Below are positions 1-9,104 of a DNA stretch of 32,000 nt, one piece after another. The first letter of the stretch is position 1; the number at the start of each line of letters is the position of its first letter. Origin of the DNA: Pseudomonas aeruginosa. GTDB lineage: Bacteria; Pseudomonadota; Gammaproteobacteria; Pseudomonadales; Pseudomonadaceae. Made by a program: the position numbers and the translations under genes. The notes beneath the pieces are model-generated. The model had not been told where the DNA came from and did no database searches. It worked only from the letters and a program-made list of their open reading frames with translations. The stretch is taken from assembly GCF_001457615.1 (NCBI RefSeq), contig NZ_LN831024.1, positions 1,920,001 to 1,952,000 of the forward strand, written 5' to 3'.

Positions 1-1154
1 TGGATGACGAACTGCCGCTGGTCGCCTACTTCGCCACGCCGGCCTCGGTGTTCGGCGGCATCTGCGAGAACCTCGCCGCCGCCGGTCTCGCCGAGCGCAC
101 CCGGGTGGTGCTGGAGAAGCCCATCGGTCATGACCTGGAGTCGTCCCGCGAGGTCAACGAGGCAGTCGCCCGGTTCTTCCCGGAAAGCCGCATCTACCGG
201 ATCGACCATTACCTGGGCAAGGAGACGGTGCAGAACCTGATCGCCCTGCGCTTCGCCAACAGCCTCTTCGAGACCCAGTGGAACCAGAACCACATCTCCC
301 ACGTGGAGATCACCGTGGCCGAGAAGGTCGGCATCGAAGGCCGCTGGGGCTACTTCGACCAGGCCGGGCAACTGCGCGACATGGTGCAGAACCACCTGCT
401 GCAACTGCTCTGCCTGATCGCCATGGATCCGCCCAGCGACCTTTCGGCGGACAGCATTCGCGACGAGAAGGTCAAGGTCCTCCGCGCCCTCGAGCCGATT
501 CCCGCAGAACAACTGGCTTCGCGCGTGGTGCGTGGGCAGTACACCGCCGGTTTCAGCGACGGCAAGGCAGTGCCGGGCTACCTGGAGGAGGAACATGCGA
601 ATCGCGACAGCGACGCGGAAACCTTCGTCGCCCTGCGCGTGGATATCCGCAACTGGCGCTGGTCGGGCGTGCCGTTCTACCTGCGCACCGGCAAGCGCAT
701 GCCGCAGAAGCTGTCGCAGATCGTCATCCACTTCAAGGAGCCGCCGCACTACATCTTCGCTCCCGAGCAGCGTTCGCTGATCAGCAACCGGCTGATCATC
801 CGCCTGCAGCCGGACGAAGGTATCTCCCTGCAAGTGATGACCAAGGACCAGGGCCTGGGCAAGGGCATGCAATTGCGTACCGGCCCGCTGCAACTGAGTT
901 TTTCCGAGACCTACCACGCGGCGCGGATTCCCGATGCCTATGAGCGTCTGCTGCTGGAGGTCACCCAGGGCAACCAGTACCTGTTCGTGCGCAAGGACGA
1001 GGTGGAGTTCGCCTGGAAGTGGTGCGACCAGCTGATCGCTGGCTGGGAACGCCTGAGCGAAGCGCCCAAGCCGTATCCGGCGGGGAGTTGGGGGCCGGTG
1101 GCCTCGGTGGCCCTGGTGGCCCGCGATGGGAGGAGTTGGTATGGCGATTTCTGA
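1..1154 (+). CDS. zwf: glucose-6-phosphate 1-dehydrogenase, 5'-truncated by the window edge (about 383 C-terminal codons present)
   Basis: Frame 3 is open from nt 3 ([20 protein letters not shown]...). The track ORF 48..1154 is therefore only the part after an internal GTG. Zwf signature RIDHYLGKE and the EKPIG motif are present. Stop TGA at 1152-1154. Confidence 0.95.
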
Positions 1155-1857
1155 GTTGAAGCTGCCGGCCGGCGTCGGCCTGCAGGTCTGGGGCAGCGCC
1201 GCCGAGCAGGCCCGCGGCCTGGCCGCCGAGGTCGCCGGCCGGTTGCGCTCGGCGCTGGCCGAGCAGGGCCAGGCGCTGCTGGTGGTGTCCGGTGGGCGCA
1301 GTCCGGTGGCCTTCCTCGAAGCCTTGAGCGAGGAGCCGCTGGACTGGTCGCGGATCACCCTCAGCCTGGCCGACGAGCGCTGGGTGCCGGAGTCCCATGC
1401 CGATAGCAACGCCGGCCTGGTTCGCCGCCACCTGCTCCGTGGCGAGGCGGCGAAGGCGCGCTTCATCGGCCTCTACCAGCCGGCGGCGAGCCTGGAGGAA
1501 GCGGCCGAGCTGGCCGACCACCACCTGCACGAGCTGCCGTTGCCGATCGACGTGCTGGTCCTCGGCATGGGCGACGACGGCCATACCGCCTCGCTGTTCC
1601 CGAACAGCCCTGGCCTGGACCTGGCGATGGATCCCCAGGGCACGCGCCGTTGCCTGCCGATGTGGGCGCCGAGCGTGCCGCACCAGCGCCTGACCCTACC
1701 GCGCGCCGTGCTGGCGGCGGCGAAGGTGCAGCTGCTGGCGATCCAGGGCCAGTCCAAGCTGGCCACCCTGAACGCCGCGCTGGCGGTCGAGGACGAACGG
1801 CGGATGCCGGTTCGCGCCTTCCTCCGCGCGCCGCTGACGATCCATTGGTACCCCTGA
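1141..1857 (+). CDS. pgl: 6-phosphogluconolactonase (238 aa)
   Basis: ATG 1141 is preceded by GGGAGGAG (1128-1135, 5-nt spacer) and overlaps the zwf stop by 14 nt. Motifs LVVSGGRSP and [14 protein letters not shown] are typical of Pgl/NagB-fold lactonases. The track start at 1126 is an in-frame upstream ATG with no SD of its own. Confidence 0.9.
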
Positions 1858-1874
1858 GTGGCGGAGCTGTAGCC

Positions 1875-2537
1875 ATGCACAACCTTGAACAGAAGACCGC
1901 CCGCATCGACACGCTGTGCCGGGAGGCGCGCATCCTCCCGGTGATCACCATCGACCGCGAGGCGGACATCCTGCCGATGGCCGATGCCCTCGCCGCCGGC
2001 GGCCTGACCGCCCTGGAGATCACCCTGCGCACGGCGCACGGGCTGACCGCCATCCGGCGCCTCAGCGAGGAGCGCCCGCACCTGCGCATCGGCGCCGGCA
2101 CCGTGCTCGACCCGCGGACCTTCGCCGCTGCGGAAAAGGCCGGGGCGAGCTTCGTGGTCACCCCGGGTTGCACCGACGAGTTGCTGCGCTTCGCCCTGGA
2201 CAGCGAAGTCCCGCTGTTGCCCGGCGTGGCCAGCGCTTCCGAGATCATGCTCGCCTACCGCCATGGCTACCGCCGCTTCAAGCTGTTTCCCGCCGAAGTC
2301 AGCGGCGGCCCGGCGGCGCTGAAGGCGTTCTCGGGACCATTCCCCGATATCCGCTTCTGCCCCACCGGAGGCGTCAGCCTGAACAATCTCGCCGACTACC
2401 TGGCGGTACCCAACGTGATGTGCGTCGGCGGCACCTGGATGCTGCCCAAGGCCGTGGTCGACCGCGGCGACTGGGCCCAGGTCGAGCGCCTCAGCCGCGA
2501 AGCCCTGGAGCGCTTCGCCGAGCACCGCAGACACTGA
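1875..2537 (+). CDS. eda: 2-keto-3-deoxy-6-phosphogluconate (KDPG) aldolase (220 aa)
   Basis: It forms the C-terminal part of track ORF 1650..2537. ATG 1875 has GGAG 8 nt upstream. Sequence MHNLEQKTARIDTL...ILPVITID...EITLRT...GAGTVL...FKLFPAE is class I KDPG aldolase-like. zwf-pgl-eda is the Entner-Doudoroff gene order. Confidence 0.92.
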   Translation: MHNLEQKTARIDTLCREARILPVITIDREADILPMADALAAGGLTALEITLRTAHGLTAIRRLSEERPHLRIGAGTVLDPRTFAAAEKAGASFVVTPGCTDELLRFALDSEVPLLPGVASASEIMLAYRHGYRRFKLFPAEVSGGPAALKAFSGPFPDIRFCPTGGVSLNNLADYLAVPNVMCVGGTWMLPKAVVDRGDWAQVERLSREALERFAEHRRH

Positions 2538-2556
2538 GACTGCCCGCCTGGGCATG

Positions 2557-2579
2557 CCCGGCTTCGGCCGGGTTTTTTT
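2557..2579 (+). terminator. Rho-independent terminator after eda
   Basis: CCCGGC-ttcg-GCCGGG hairpin (2557-2572) is followed directly by seven T (2573-2579), 20 nt after the eda stop. Confidence 0.85.
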
Positions 2580-2626
2580 ATGCCGTCCGGATTATCCGGG
2601 GCATGGAACGGCTAACGTCATCGGCG

Positions 2627-3064
2627 TTATTCGCCGATGCGCCGGCGTTCCCGCAGATAGTCGCCGAGCCGGCTCTGCAGGTAGGGTACGGCCATGGCAT
2701 GCGCGAGGTAGGCGTCCACCTCCATCAATCGCCAGTATTGTCCTTCGTCGCCGAAGCGGATGGCCTCGAACTCGCGGTCCTCCAGGCGCGCCACCAGGAA
2801 GTAGGCGAAGGGCGCGCTGCCGCTGGTGCTCGGATACTGTCGCTGCCATTCGATACGAGGTTCTTCCAGGCGGATGGAGAACTCTTCCTCGAGTTCGCGC
2901 AGGGCGCATTCGGCAGGCGTCTCCAGGCCCTCACGGCCGCCGCCGGGAAAGTCCCAGTAGCCGGGGAAGGGAATGCCGGGTTTTTCGTCGCGTTTGTAGA
3001 CGACCAGGTGGTCGCCATGGAACAGCGCCAGCTTGGCGCCGCTGAAGGGAGGGATGTCGTGCAC
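2627..3064 (-). CDS. Nudix (MutT-family) hydrolase (145 aa)
   Basis: It forms the C-terminal part of the 389-aa run-on ORF 2627..3796. Nudix box GGGREGLETPAECALRELEEEFSI is present. No in-frame ATG lies upstream of the domain. GTG at 3064-3062 is preceded by GGAGG (complement of 3070-3074) with a 5-nt spacer. Confidence 0.8.
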   Translation of the reverse strand: MHDIPPFSGAKLALFHGDHLVVYKRDEKPGIPFPGYWDFPGGGREGLETPAECALRELEEEFSIRLEEPRIEWQRQYPSTSGSAPFAYFLVARLEDREFEAIRFGDEGQYWRLMEVDAYLAHAMAVPYLQSRLGDYLRERRRIGE

Positions 3065-3211
3065 CGGGGCCTCCGGGTGGCGGGGTGGGTGAACCCGGCC
3101 TAGTCTAGCGGGATTGTCCGGGTTTCCGCCCGGGGACGGTGCTTTGTCCTGACGAAGCGCGTATGATGCGCGCCCTTCGATTCGTTGCCAGCCACACCGG
3201 GAGGTGCCCAG

Positions 3212-4372
3212 ATGAACGATACCCCAGAGAATCCCCACGTACCGGTCGGGGAAAAATTGCAGAAAGTCCTCGCCCGTCTCGGCGTCGGTTCCCGGCGCGA
3301 CGTAGAAGTGTGGATCGCCGAAGGCCGGGTCAACGTCAATGGCAGCGTGGCCAGCCTCGGCCAGCGGGTCGACAGCCACGATGCGATCACCGTCGATGGC
3401 CACCTGATCCGTCGCGAAGAGGCCGCCGAGAGTGTCCGTCGCGTGCTGATCTACAACAAGCCGGAAGGCGAGGTCTGCACCCGCGACGATCCGGAAGGCC
3501 GCCCGACCATCTTCGACCGCCTGCCGCGCCTGCGCACCGGTCGCTGGATCAATGTCGGTCGCCTGGACATCAATACCACCGGCTTGCTGCTGTTCACCAC
3601 CGATGGCGAACTGGCCAACCGCCTGATGCATCCTTCCTATGAGATGGACCGTGAATACGCGGTACGGGTGCGCGGCGAGGTCACCGAAGAGATGATCGAG
3701 CGCCTGCTCAACGGCGTGATGCTCGAGGACGGCCCGGCCAAGTTCAGCGATATCCAGCAGGCGCCGGGCGGCGAAGGCTTCAACCACTGGTACCACTGCG
3801 TAGTGATGGAGGGCCGCAACCGCGAGGTGCGCCGGTTGTGGGAATCCCAGGGGTTGGTGGTCAGCCGCCTCAAGCGGGTGCGTTTCGGCCCGGTGTTCCT
3901 GACCTCCGAGCTGACCATGGGCCGCTACCGCGAAATGGACCAGCGCGAGATCGACATCCTCAGCGAGGAAGTCGGCCTCAAGCCGGTGGCCCTGCCGGGC
4001 ATGACCACCAAGGCGCGCGAGAAGGCCGAACGCCAGCAGCGCAAGCAGGCCCGTCCGCTGGCGCGCAGCGAGCGTCCGGAAGCCGGGCGCAAGCGTGCGC
4101 CGCGGCGCGAGGACGGCGAAAATGCCGCTCGTCGCGCGCCGGCTTCGCGTCCCGCGCGCGGTCCGCAGCCGAGCGCCGAGCGCAAGGGGCGCGAGCAGGG
4201 CACTCCGGTTGCCGAGCGGCCCCGCGAGAGCAACCGCAAGCCGCGCCCGAGCAAGCCGCGCGACGAGCGTCCGGCCAGCGCGCCGGGCGACAAGCCGGCG
4301 GCCCGCAAGCCGCAGGTCAAGCGGCGGCCGAAACCGGCCGGCGACGGTATGCGTCCGGGCTTCCGCCGCTGA
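3212..4372 (+). CDS. rluB: 23S rRNA pseudouridine synthase RluB-type with a long basic C-terminal tail (386 aa)
   Basis: ATG 3212 is preceded by GGGAGG (3199-3204). It has an S4 domain ([30 protein letters not shown]) and an RsuA/RluB catalytic motif ([18 protein letters not shown]). The last 120 aa are Arg/Lys/Pro-rich low complexity. Confidence 0.9.
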   Translation: MNDTPENPHVPVGEKLQKVLARLGVGSRRDVEVWIAEGRVNVNGSVASLGQRVDSHDAITVDGHLIRREEAAESVRRVLIYNKPEGEVCTRDDPEGRPTIFDRLPRLRTGRWINVGRLDINTTGLLLFTTDGELANRLMHPSYEMDREYAVRVRGEVTEEMIERLLNGVMLEDGPAKFSDIQQAPGGEGFNHWYHCVVMEGRNREVRRLWESQGLVVSRLKRVRFGPVFLTSELTMGRYREMDQREIDILSEEVGLKPVALPGMTTKAREKAERQQRKQARPLARSERPEAGRKRAPRREDGENAARRAPASRPARGPQPSAERKGREQGTPVAERPRESNRKPRPSKPRDERPASAPGDKPAARKPQVKRRPKPAGDGMRPGFRR

Positions 4373-4387
4373 GCGGAAAGCGCCCTG

Positions 4388-4412
4388 GAAAGGCCCCTTC
4401 GGGGGCCTTTTT
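4388..4412 (+). terminator. Rho-independent terminator after rluB
   Basis: GGCCCC-ttcg-GGGGCC hairpin (4392-4407) is flanked by an upstream A-run and followed by TTTTT (4408-4412). Confidence 0.8.
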
Positions 4413-4464
4413 CATGCCTGGGAATCGGTGTCTAATGGTCGCTCGCACACAAGGAGGTGGTGAA

Positions 4465-4842
4465 ATGCACAGGATCCTGGCTATCGCGCTCTGCATGCTA
4501 TGGAGCGTCGCCGGGCTGGCCGCGGATGCGGCGATGCCGGCGCAGAGCTGCGCAAGCCTTGGCGAGGCGACGGCCGGCCCCGAGGACAACTTCCGTCCGC
4601 CGCTGGAGGGCGAGGTGATCGACAAGGGGCGCGCCTATTTCCACAGCGCGCCGCGTGCCGACTGTGTCACCGGGGTCTTCGTGATTCCCGGCGACTTCAT
4701 CACTGTCTACAAGCCGAGCGGCGAGTGGCTGAACGTCATGTACGTGGCTCGAGACGGCAAGGAAACCAGCGGCTGGCTGCTGGAGAAGCGCGTCCGCTTG
4801 CGCCAGGCCTATGGCGGCCCGGACGAGCCGGCGCAGCCATAA
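4465..4842 (+). CDS. small exported hypothetical protein (125 aa), possibly SH3b-like at the C-terminus
   Basis: ATG 4465 is preceded by AAGGAGG (4451-4457). The N-terminal signal peptide is MHRILAIALCMLWSVAGLAADA. The C-terminal pattern GDFITVYKPSGEWLNVMYV..DGKETSGWLLEKRV resembles bacterial SH3 domains, a weak call made by eye. Confidence 0.65.
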   Translation: MHRILAIALCMLWSVAGLAADAAMPAQSCASLGEATAGPEDNFRPPLEGEVIDKGRAYFHSAPRADCVTGVFVIPGDFITVYKPSGEWLNVMYVARDGKETSGWLLEKRVRLRQAYGGPDEPAQP

Positions 4843-4948
4843 GAGGCAGGACCTTGGCGGAAACCGTGACTGCGCCGGTGAGAGCCGTTGCTACTGCCGT
4901 CGCCCGATGCGCCCGCTCCGCGCTTCGGGGTGTGCGAGCCGGCAAGCC

Positions 4949-5872
4949 TCAGGCGCAGCGCAGGCGGTTGCGGCCGTCGCGCTTGGCTTCGTAGAGCGCC
5001 TCGTCGACCCGTCGCAGCAGGTCGTCGCTGCCTTCGCCGGGTCGCAGGTCGGCGCAACCGAGGCTGATCGACAGCTTCAGCGGTTCGCCGGCGTGCCGGT
5101 AGTCCAGTTCCTCCACCGCCTGGCGCAGGCGTTCGCCGACCATGCAGGCAGCCTGCAGTGGCGTGCTGGACAGCAGGACGAGGAATTCCTCGCCGCCGAA
5201 GCGGAACACCATGTCGACATTGCGCAGGTGGTCCTTGATGGTTTCCGCCACGGCCTTGAGGGCTTCGTCGCCGACGGCGTGACCGTAGTGGTCGTTGACC
5301 CGCTTGAAGTGGTCGATATCGAGCATCAGCACCGAGAGCGGTTGCAGGTTGCGCCGGGCCAGTTCCAGTTCGCGGCCGAGCGCCTGGTCCATGGCGATGC
5401 GGTTGCCGGTGCCGGTCAGGGCGTCGCGCAGGGCGGTCTGGATCGCGGCGCGATAGAGCAGGGCGTTGCGCAGCGGGAACAGCAGGGTGCCGAGCAGGCT
5501 CTCCAGTTGCCGTTGTTCGTCTTCGCCGAGGCGCTGGCGGCGACGGAAGATCAGTTCGCCGAGGTAGTCGCTGTCATGGCTCAGGCGATAGCTCACCGAA
5601 TGCTTGGCGCTGCTGCCGAACTCCAGGCGCAGGTCGGAGCCCGGATGGCGGTAGCCAAGGGCATCCAGCGGGATCAGTTGGCGGACTTCCTCGAAGAACA
5701 GGCCGAGAATCCGCTCCGCCTCCAGGCTGCTCTGCAACTGTAGGGTCAGTTGCTGGCGCAACTCCGTCAGGTTGCTGGCGCGCGGCCCGCTGGCGTTGCC
5801 GCCGGGCTGGGGGCCGCGCTTCTGCTTGGCGGCGTCGAAATCGATGGTATTGGACTGCTTGGGAGGAGCCAT
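4949..5872 (-). CDS. GGDEF-domain diguanylate cyclase (307 aa), PA3177-like
   Basis: The active-site motif GGEEF has an intact I-site RNVD five residues upstream (LRNVDMVFRFGGEEF). The start at 5872 (MAPPKQSNTIDF) is preferred over the track start at 5992, which has no SD. The candidate sigma-54 promoter lies between the two. Confidence 0.85.
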   Translation of the reverse strand: MAPPKQSNTIDFDAAKQKRGPQPGGNASGPRASNLTELRQQLTLQLQSSLEAERILGLFFEEVRQLIPLDALGYRHPGSDLRLEFGSSAKHSVSYRLSHDSDYLGELIFRRRQRLGEDEQRQLESLLGTLLFPLRNALLYRAAIQTALRDALTGTGNRIAMDQALGRELELARRNLQPLSVLMLDIDHFKRVNDHYGHAVGDEALKAVAETIKDHLRNVDMVFRFGGEEFLVLLSSTPLQAACMVGERLRQAVEELDYRHAGEPLKLSISLGCADLRPGEGSDDLLRRVDEALYEAKRDGRNRLRCA

Positions 5873-5914
5873 GCGCGGAACCTCTGGCGCGAAAGACGGC
5901 GACAGTAGGGCTAA

Positions 5915-5930
5915 GGCGAGTTTCGTGCCA
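5915..5930 (-). promoter_or_regulatory. candidate sigma-54 (RpoN) -24/-12 promoter for the GGDEF gene
   Basis: The minus strand reads cTGGCACGAAACTCGCc. GG (5929-5928) and GC (5917-5916) have exactly the canonical spacing. By my hand comparison this matches 12 of 14 specified positions of YTGGCACGrNNNTTGCW. It lies about 45 nt upstream of ATG 5872. Confidence 0.4.
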
Positions 5931-6070
5931 GCCAACTGAAGAACGGAGAAATCAGAGGCACAGACAGGTTTTCCTAGGAATGGTTTCCACATTCTGTAGG
6001 AATTTCGGAGAGATTTCGACGGAATAATGGCGTTTTGCTGGCAAGTGGCCGAGGCGCTCGTCGGAAAGCT

Positions 6071-6092
6071 GGCGCTCCGCTAGCGGAGCGCC
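6071..6092 (-). terminator. hairpin terminator candidate downstream of gltS
   Basis: Perfect 10-bp inverted repeat GGCGCTCCGC-ta-GCGGAGCGCC, 8 nt after the gltS stop. Only a short TTT follows on the minus strand. Confidence 0.5.
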
Positions 6093-6100
6093 GCCATGGT

Positions 6101-7315
6101 TCAACTGAAGGCGTTGATGAACCAGGTGATCGCCGGGATGGCGACGAGATCGATCAGTACCGCGCCGCACAGGGGCACGATGATGAAGGCCTTGTGCGAG
6201 AACACCCGATAGTGCTCGCAGACCGCGCCCATGTTGGCCACCGCGTTGGGCGTGGCGCCCAGGCCGTGGCCGAGGAAGCCGGCGCAGAGCACCGCGGCGT
6301 CGTAGTTGCGGCCGAGCAGGCGGAACAGCACGAAGATCGTCAGTAGCAACAGCACCGCGACCTGGATGAACAGTACGCCGAGCAGCGGCAGGCCGAGGTT
6401 CTCCAGCTCCCAGAACTTCAGGCTCATCATCGCCATGGTCAGGAAGATGCCCAGGCAGACGTCGCCCAGGGTGCCGACGGCGTGGTCCGGAATGCGCAGC
6501 CAGCCGAGACGGTCGTCGAGGTTGCGCAGGACGATGGCGATGAACATCGCCCCGACATAACTGGGCAGCACCAGGCCCAGGCGTTCCTCGAGCGCGTCGC
6601 CGAGCCAGAAGCCGAGCACCATCACCAGCAGCACGCAGGTCAGCAGGCGCAGCAGGAGATTGCCGTCCAGCGTGGCCGCCGCATGCTGGCGTCGCTCCTG
6701 CTGGCCGAGGGCTTCCAGCCGATTGTCGCTTTCCGCCTGCACCGGCAGGCGGTTGCGTTCGATCAGCCAGCGCGCCACCGGGCTGCCGAGCAGCCCGCCA
6801 GCGACCATGCCGAAGGTGGCCGAGGCCAGCGCCACGGTGGTCGCGCCCTGGGCGCCGAGCCCTTCCGCAACCGGGCCGAAGGCCGCCGCCGCGCCGAAGC
6901 CGCCTTCCAGCGACACCGCGCCGGCCATGATCCCGAGCAACGGGTCGAGGCCGAGCAGTCCGGCGCTGCCGACGCCGATCAGGTTCTGCAGTATCGCCAG
7001 CGCCCAGCAGGCCGACAGGTAGACCAGCAGGGTCTTGCCGCCCTTGCGCAGCAGGCCGAGGCTGCCACCGAGGCCGACGGTGGTGAAGAACGCCACCATC
7101 AGGGGCGTCTGCAGGCTGGTGTCGAGGCCGATGTCGAGCCTGCCGCGATCCCTGAGCAGCCAGACCAGGAAGGCGAAGCCGAAGCCGGCGATCACCGGCG
7201 ACGGTACGCACAGACGTGTCAGCCAGCGGCTGCGCTTCTTCAATTGGCTGCCGAGGGCGAGCAGGAGCAGGGCGAGGGCGGTGGTGGACAGGGCGTCCAG
7301 GTGCAATGTCGGCAT
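6101..7315 (-). CDS. gltS: sodium/glutamate symporter GltS family (404 aa)
   Basis: Polytopic membrane protein. The N-terminus MPTLHLDALSTTALALLLLALGSQL, the length and the repeated hydrophobic architecture fit the GltS family. It lies 38 nt downstream of the preceding gene on the same strand. Confidence 0.85.
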   Translation of the reverse strand: MPTLHLDALSTTALALLLLALGSQLKKRSRWLTRLCVPSPVIAGFGFAFLVWLLRDRGRLDIGLDTSLQTPLMVAFFTTVGLGGSLGLLRKGGKTLLVYLSACWALAILQNLIGVGSAGLLGLDPLLGIMAGAVSLEGGFGAAAAFGPVAEGLGAQGATTVALASATFGMVAGGLLGSPVARWLIERNRLPVQAESDNRLEALGQQERRQHAAATLDGNLLLRLLTCVLLVMVLGFWLGDALEERLGLVLPSYVGAMFIAIVLRNLDDRLGWLRIPDHAVGTLGDVCLGIFLTMAMMSLKFWELENLGLPLLGVLFIQVAVLLLLTIFVLFRLLGRNYDAAVLCAGFLGHGLGATPNAVANMGAVCEHYRVFSHKAFIIVPLCGAVLIDLVAIPAITWFINAFS

Positions 7316-7353
7316 GGCGTGGCTCTATTGTTGTTGTGTGGGCGAAAGGGCGA

Positions 7354-8289
7354 TCAGTTGACCAGGCTGTCGACCAGGCGCGCGGCGATCCGGGCGGTGC
7401 GCTGGTCGCTATCGAGTTGCGGGTTGAGTTCGGCGATGTCGGCCAGGCGCAGCTTGCCGCTGGCCTTGGCGCGGCGGACCAGGTGCTCCACCACCGGCAT
7501 CTCCACGCCGTGCGCCGAGGGCGCGCTGACGCCGGGCGCCTGGGCGGCCGGGAGTACGTCGAGGCAAACGGTCAGGTAGAGGTGGTCGACGGATTGCAGG
7601 AAGCCGTCGAGGAAGGCTTCGCTGCGTTCCAGGTTCCACGGCTGCAACTGACGGTCCAGCAGGTAGCGCACACCCAGGCGCTGGGCCTGGTCGAACAGCG
7701 CCGCGGTGTTGCTCAGGCGGCTGATGCCCAGGCAGCAGTAGGCGAACGGCCAGTCGCTGGCCTGGCAGAGTTCGGCGATCTGGCGGAACGGCGTGCCGGA
7801 GCTGGCCCGTTCGGCGTGGCGCAGGTCGAAATGCGCGTCGAAATTGAGGATACCGATGCGCGGCAGGCGCTCATGCCGACTCAAGTGGCGGGCGAGGCCG
7901 GCGAAGCTGGCGTAGGCGATTTCGTGGCCGCCGCCCAGTCCGACCACCCGGTGGCCGCGCGCGAGCAGGTCGGCGACGCGTTGCGCGTAGCATTCCTGGG
8001 CGGCTTCCAGATCGTCGCCGGCGACTATGTCGCCGGCGTCGTAGATCGCTTGCTCGCCGTGCCAGGCCAGGTTGGCCAGCGCGCGACGCAAGGCTGGCGG
8101 TCCGTGGCGCGCGCCCTGGCGACCCTGGTTGCGGCGCACGCCTTCGTCGCTGGCGAAACCGAGCAGCACGCTGGCCGCTTCGGCGTCGTCTGCGTAGGGA
8201 CGCATCCATTGGTGCCAGCGCCGCGCGTCGGCGCCTTCCTGGCTATCGATCCGGCCTTGCCAGAGGCTCATGTCGGGGGCGGGGTACAT
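7354..8289 (-). CDS. arginase-fold formimidoylglutamase (HutG family EC 3.5.3.8-like, 311 aa)
   Basis: Ureohydrolase metal-site motifs are present: [21 protein letters not shown] and [19 protein letters not shown] 8289 is preceded by AGGAG (complement of 8295-8299, 5-nt spacer). It starts 15 nt after the IclR gene stop. Confidence 0.85.
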   Translation of the reverse strand: MYPAPDMSLWQGRIDSQEGADARRWHQWMRPYADDAEAASVLLGFASDEGVRRNQGRQGARHGPPALRRALANLAWHGEQAIYDAGDIVAGDDLEAAQECYAQRVADLLARGHRVVGLGGGHEIAYASFAGLARHLSRHERLPRIGILNFDAHFDLRHAERASSGTPFRQIAELCQASDWPFAYCCLGISRLSNTAALFDQAQRLGVRYLLDRQLQPWNLERSEAFLDGFLQSVDHLYLTVCLDVLPAAQAPGVSAPSAHGVEMPVVEHLVRRAKASGKLRLADIAELNPQLDSDQRTARIAARLVDSLVN

Positions 8290-8304
8290 CGAAACTCCTG
8301 TCGG

Positions 8305-9033
8305 TCAGTCCAGCCGCGCGGAAAGTCGCGCGGCGGCGTCGAGGGTCCATTGCCGCAAGCGTTCGCTGCGCGACTGGGCGCGCAAGGCGGGGGCCATCAG
8401 GCTGAGGGCGCCGTGCAGGCGCTGGCGGCTGTCCAGCAGCGGTACGCTGATGCCCCAGACGCCTTCGTCGATCTCGCCCTGGCTGACGGCGTAGCCCTGT
8501 TCGCGGATCAGCCGGAGTTCCTGCTCCAGCTTGTCGATACGCTCGGCGGAGAGTTCCTGGGCGAGGTACAGCTCCTCGCGCCGTTCGTCCTCCAGGTGCG
8601 CCAGCAGGGCTTTGGCCGAGGCGCCATGCAACAGCGGCTGCGCCAGCCCTTTCTGGTAGCAGCAGCGCAGCGGCTGCGGACTGTCGAACAGTTCCAGGCA
8701 GATCGCCTGCTGGTTGCTGGCCACCATCAGCGCCACGCTCTCCTGGCTCAGGTCGGCCAGGCGCTTGAGTTCCGGTTTGGCGAGACCGATCAGCGAGGCC
8801 TCGCGATCGAATTTCTTCGCCAGTTGCAGGCAGGCCGGGCCGGGCAGGTAGCGGCCCTGGCCGGCCTGTTCTTCGGCCAGGCCCCAGCGCAACAGGGTCT
8901 TCAGGTGCCGGTAGGTGCTGCTCAGCGGCTGCTCCAGGGTCAGCGACAGCTCCTTGGCAGACAGGGCTTCGGGAGCCTGGCCGAGGGCAATGAGGATCTG
9001 CAGCAGGCGATCGGTGGGGGAATGCTTCGACAT
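8305..9033 (-). CDS. IclR-family transcriptional regulator (242 aa)
   Basis: N-terminal wHTH (RLLQILIALGQAPEALSAKELSLTLEQPLSSTYRHLKTLL) and a C-terminal IclR effector domain (GEIDEGVWGISVPL). ATG 9033 is preceded by AAGGAG with a 5-nt spacer. The track start at 9093 has no SD. Confidence 0.88.
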   Translation of the reverse strand: MSKHSPTDRLLQILIALGQAPEALSAKELSLTLEQPLSSTYRHLKTLLRWGLAEEQAGQGRYLPGPACLQLAKKFDREASLIGLAKPELKRLADLSQESVALMVASNQQAICLELFDSPQPLRCCYQKGLAQPLLHGASAKALLAHLEDERREELYLAQELSAERIDKLEQELRLIREQGYAVSQGEIDEGVWGISVPLLDSRQRLHGALSLMAPALRAQSRSERLRQWTLDAAARLSARLD

Positions 9034-9085
9034 GGGAACTCCTTGACCCACAGGGTGAAGGCGATTTCCCGGAAAATGAAACCAC

Positions 9086-9104
9086 TTTCCCACTCAGTGG
9101 GAAA
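9086..9104. repeat. perfect 19-bp palindrome TTTCCCAC-tca-GTGGGAAA, candidate operator
   Basis: The 8-bp arms are exact reverse complements. The centre is about 62 nt upstream of the IclR start codon. Related TTCC/GGAA palindromes lie at 9065-9075 and 9122-9130. Confidence 0.5.

Noticed and set aside
2627-3796. 389-aa ORF taken at face value as one large protein.
   Set aside because: Only the C-terminal 145 aa are Nudix-like. The N-terminal 244 aa are antisense to rluB and have no features. A GTG with a strong SD at 3064 explains the real gene.
5873-5992. 40-codon N-terminal extension of the GGDEF protein (track start at 5992).
   Set aside because: There is no SD before 5992. The extension would place the candidate sigma-54 promoter inside the coding region. 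ATG 5872 gives a protein starting just before the conserved region.
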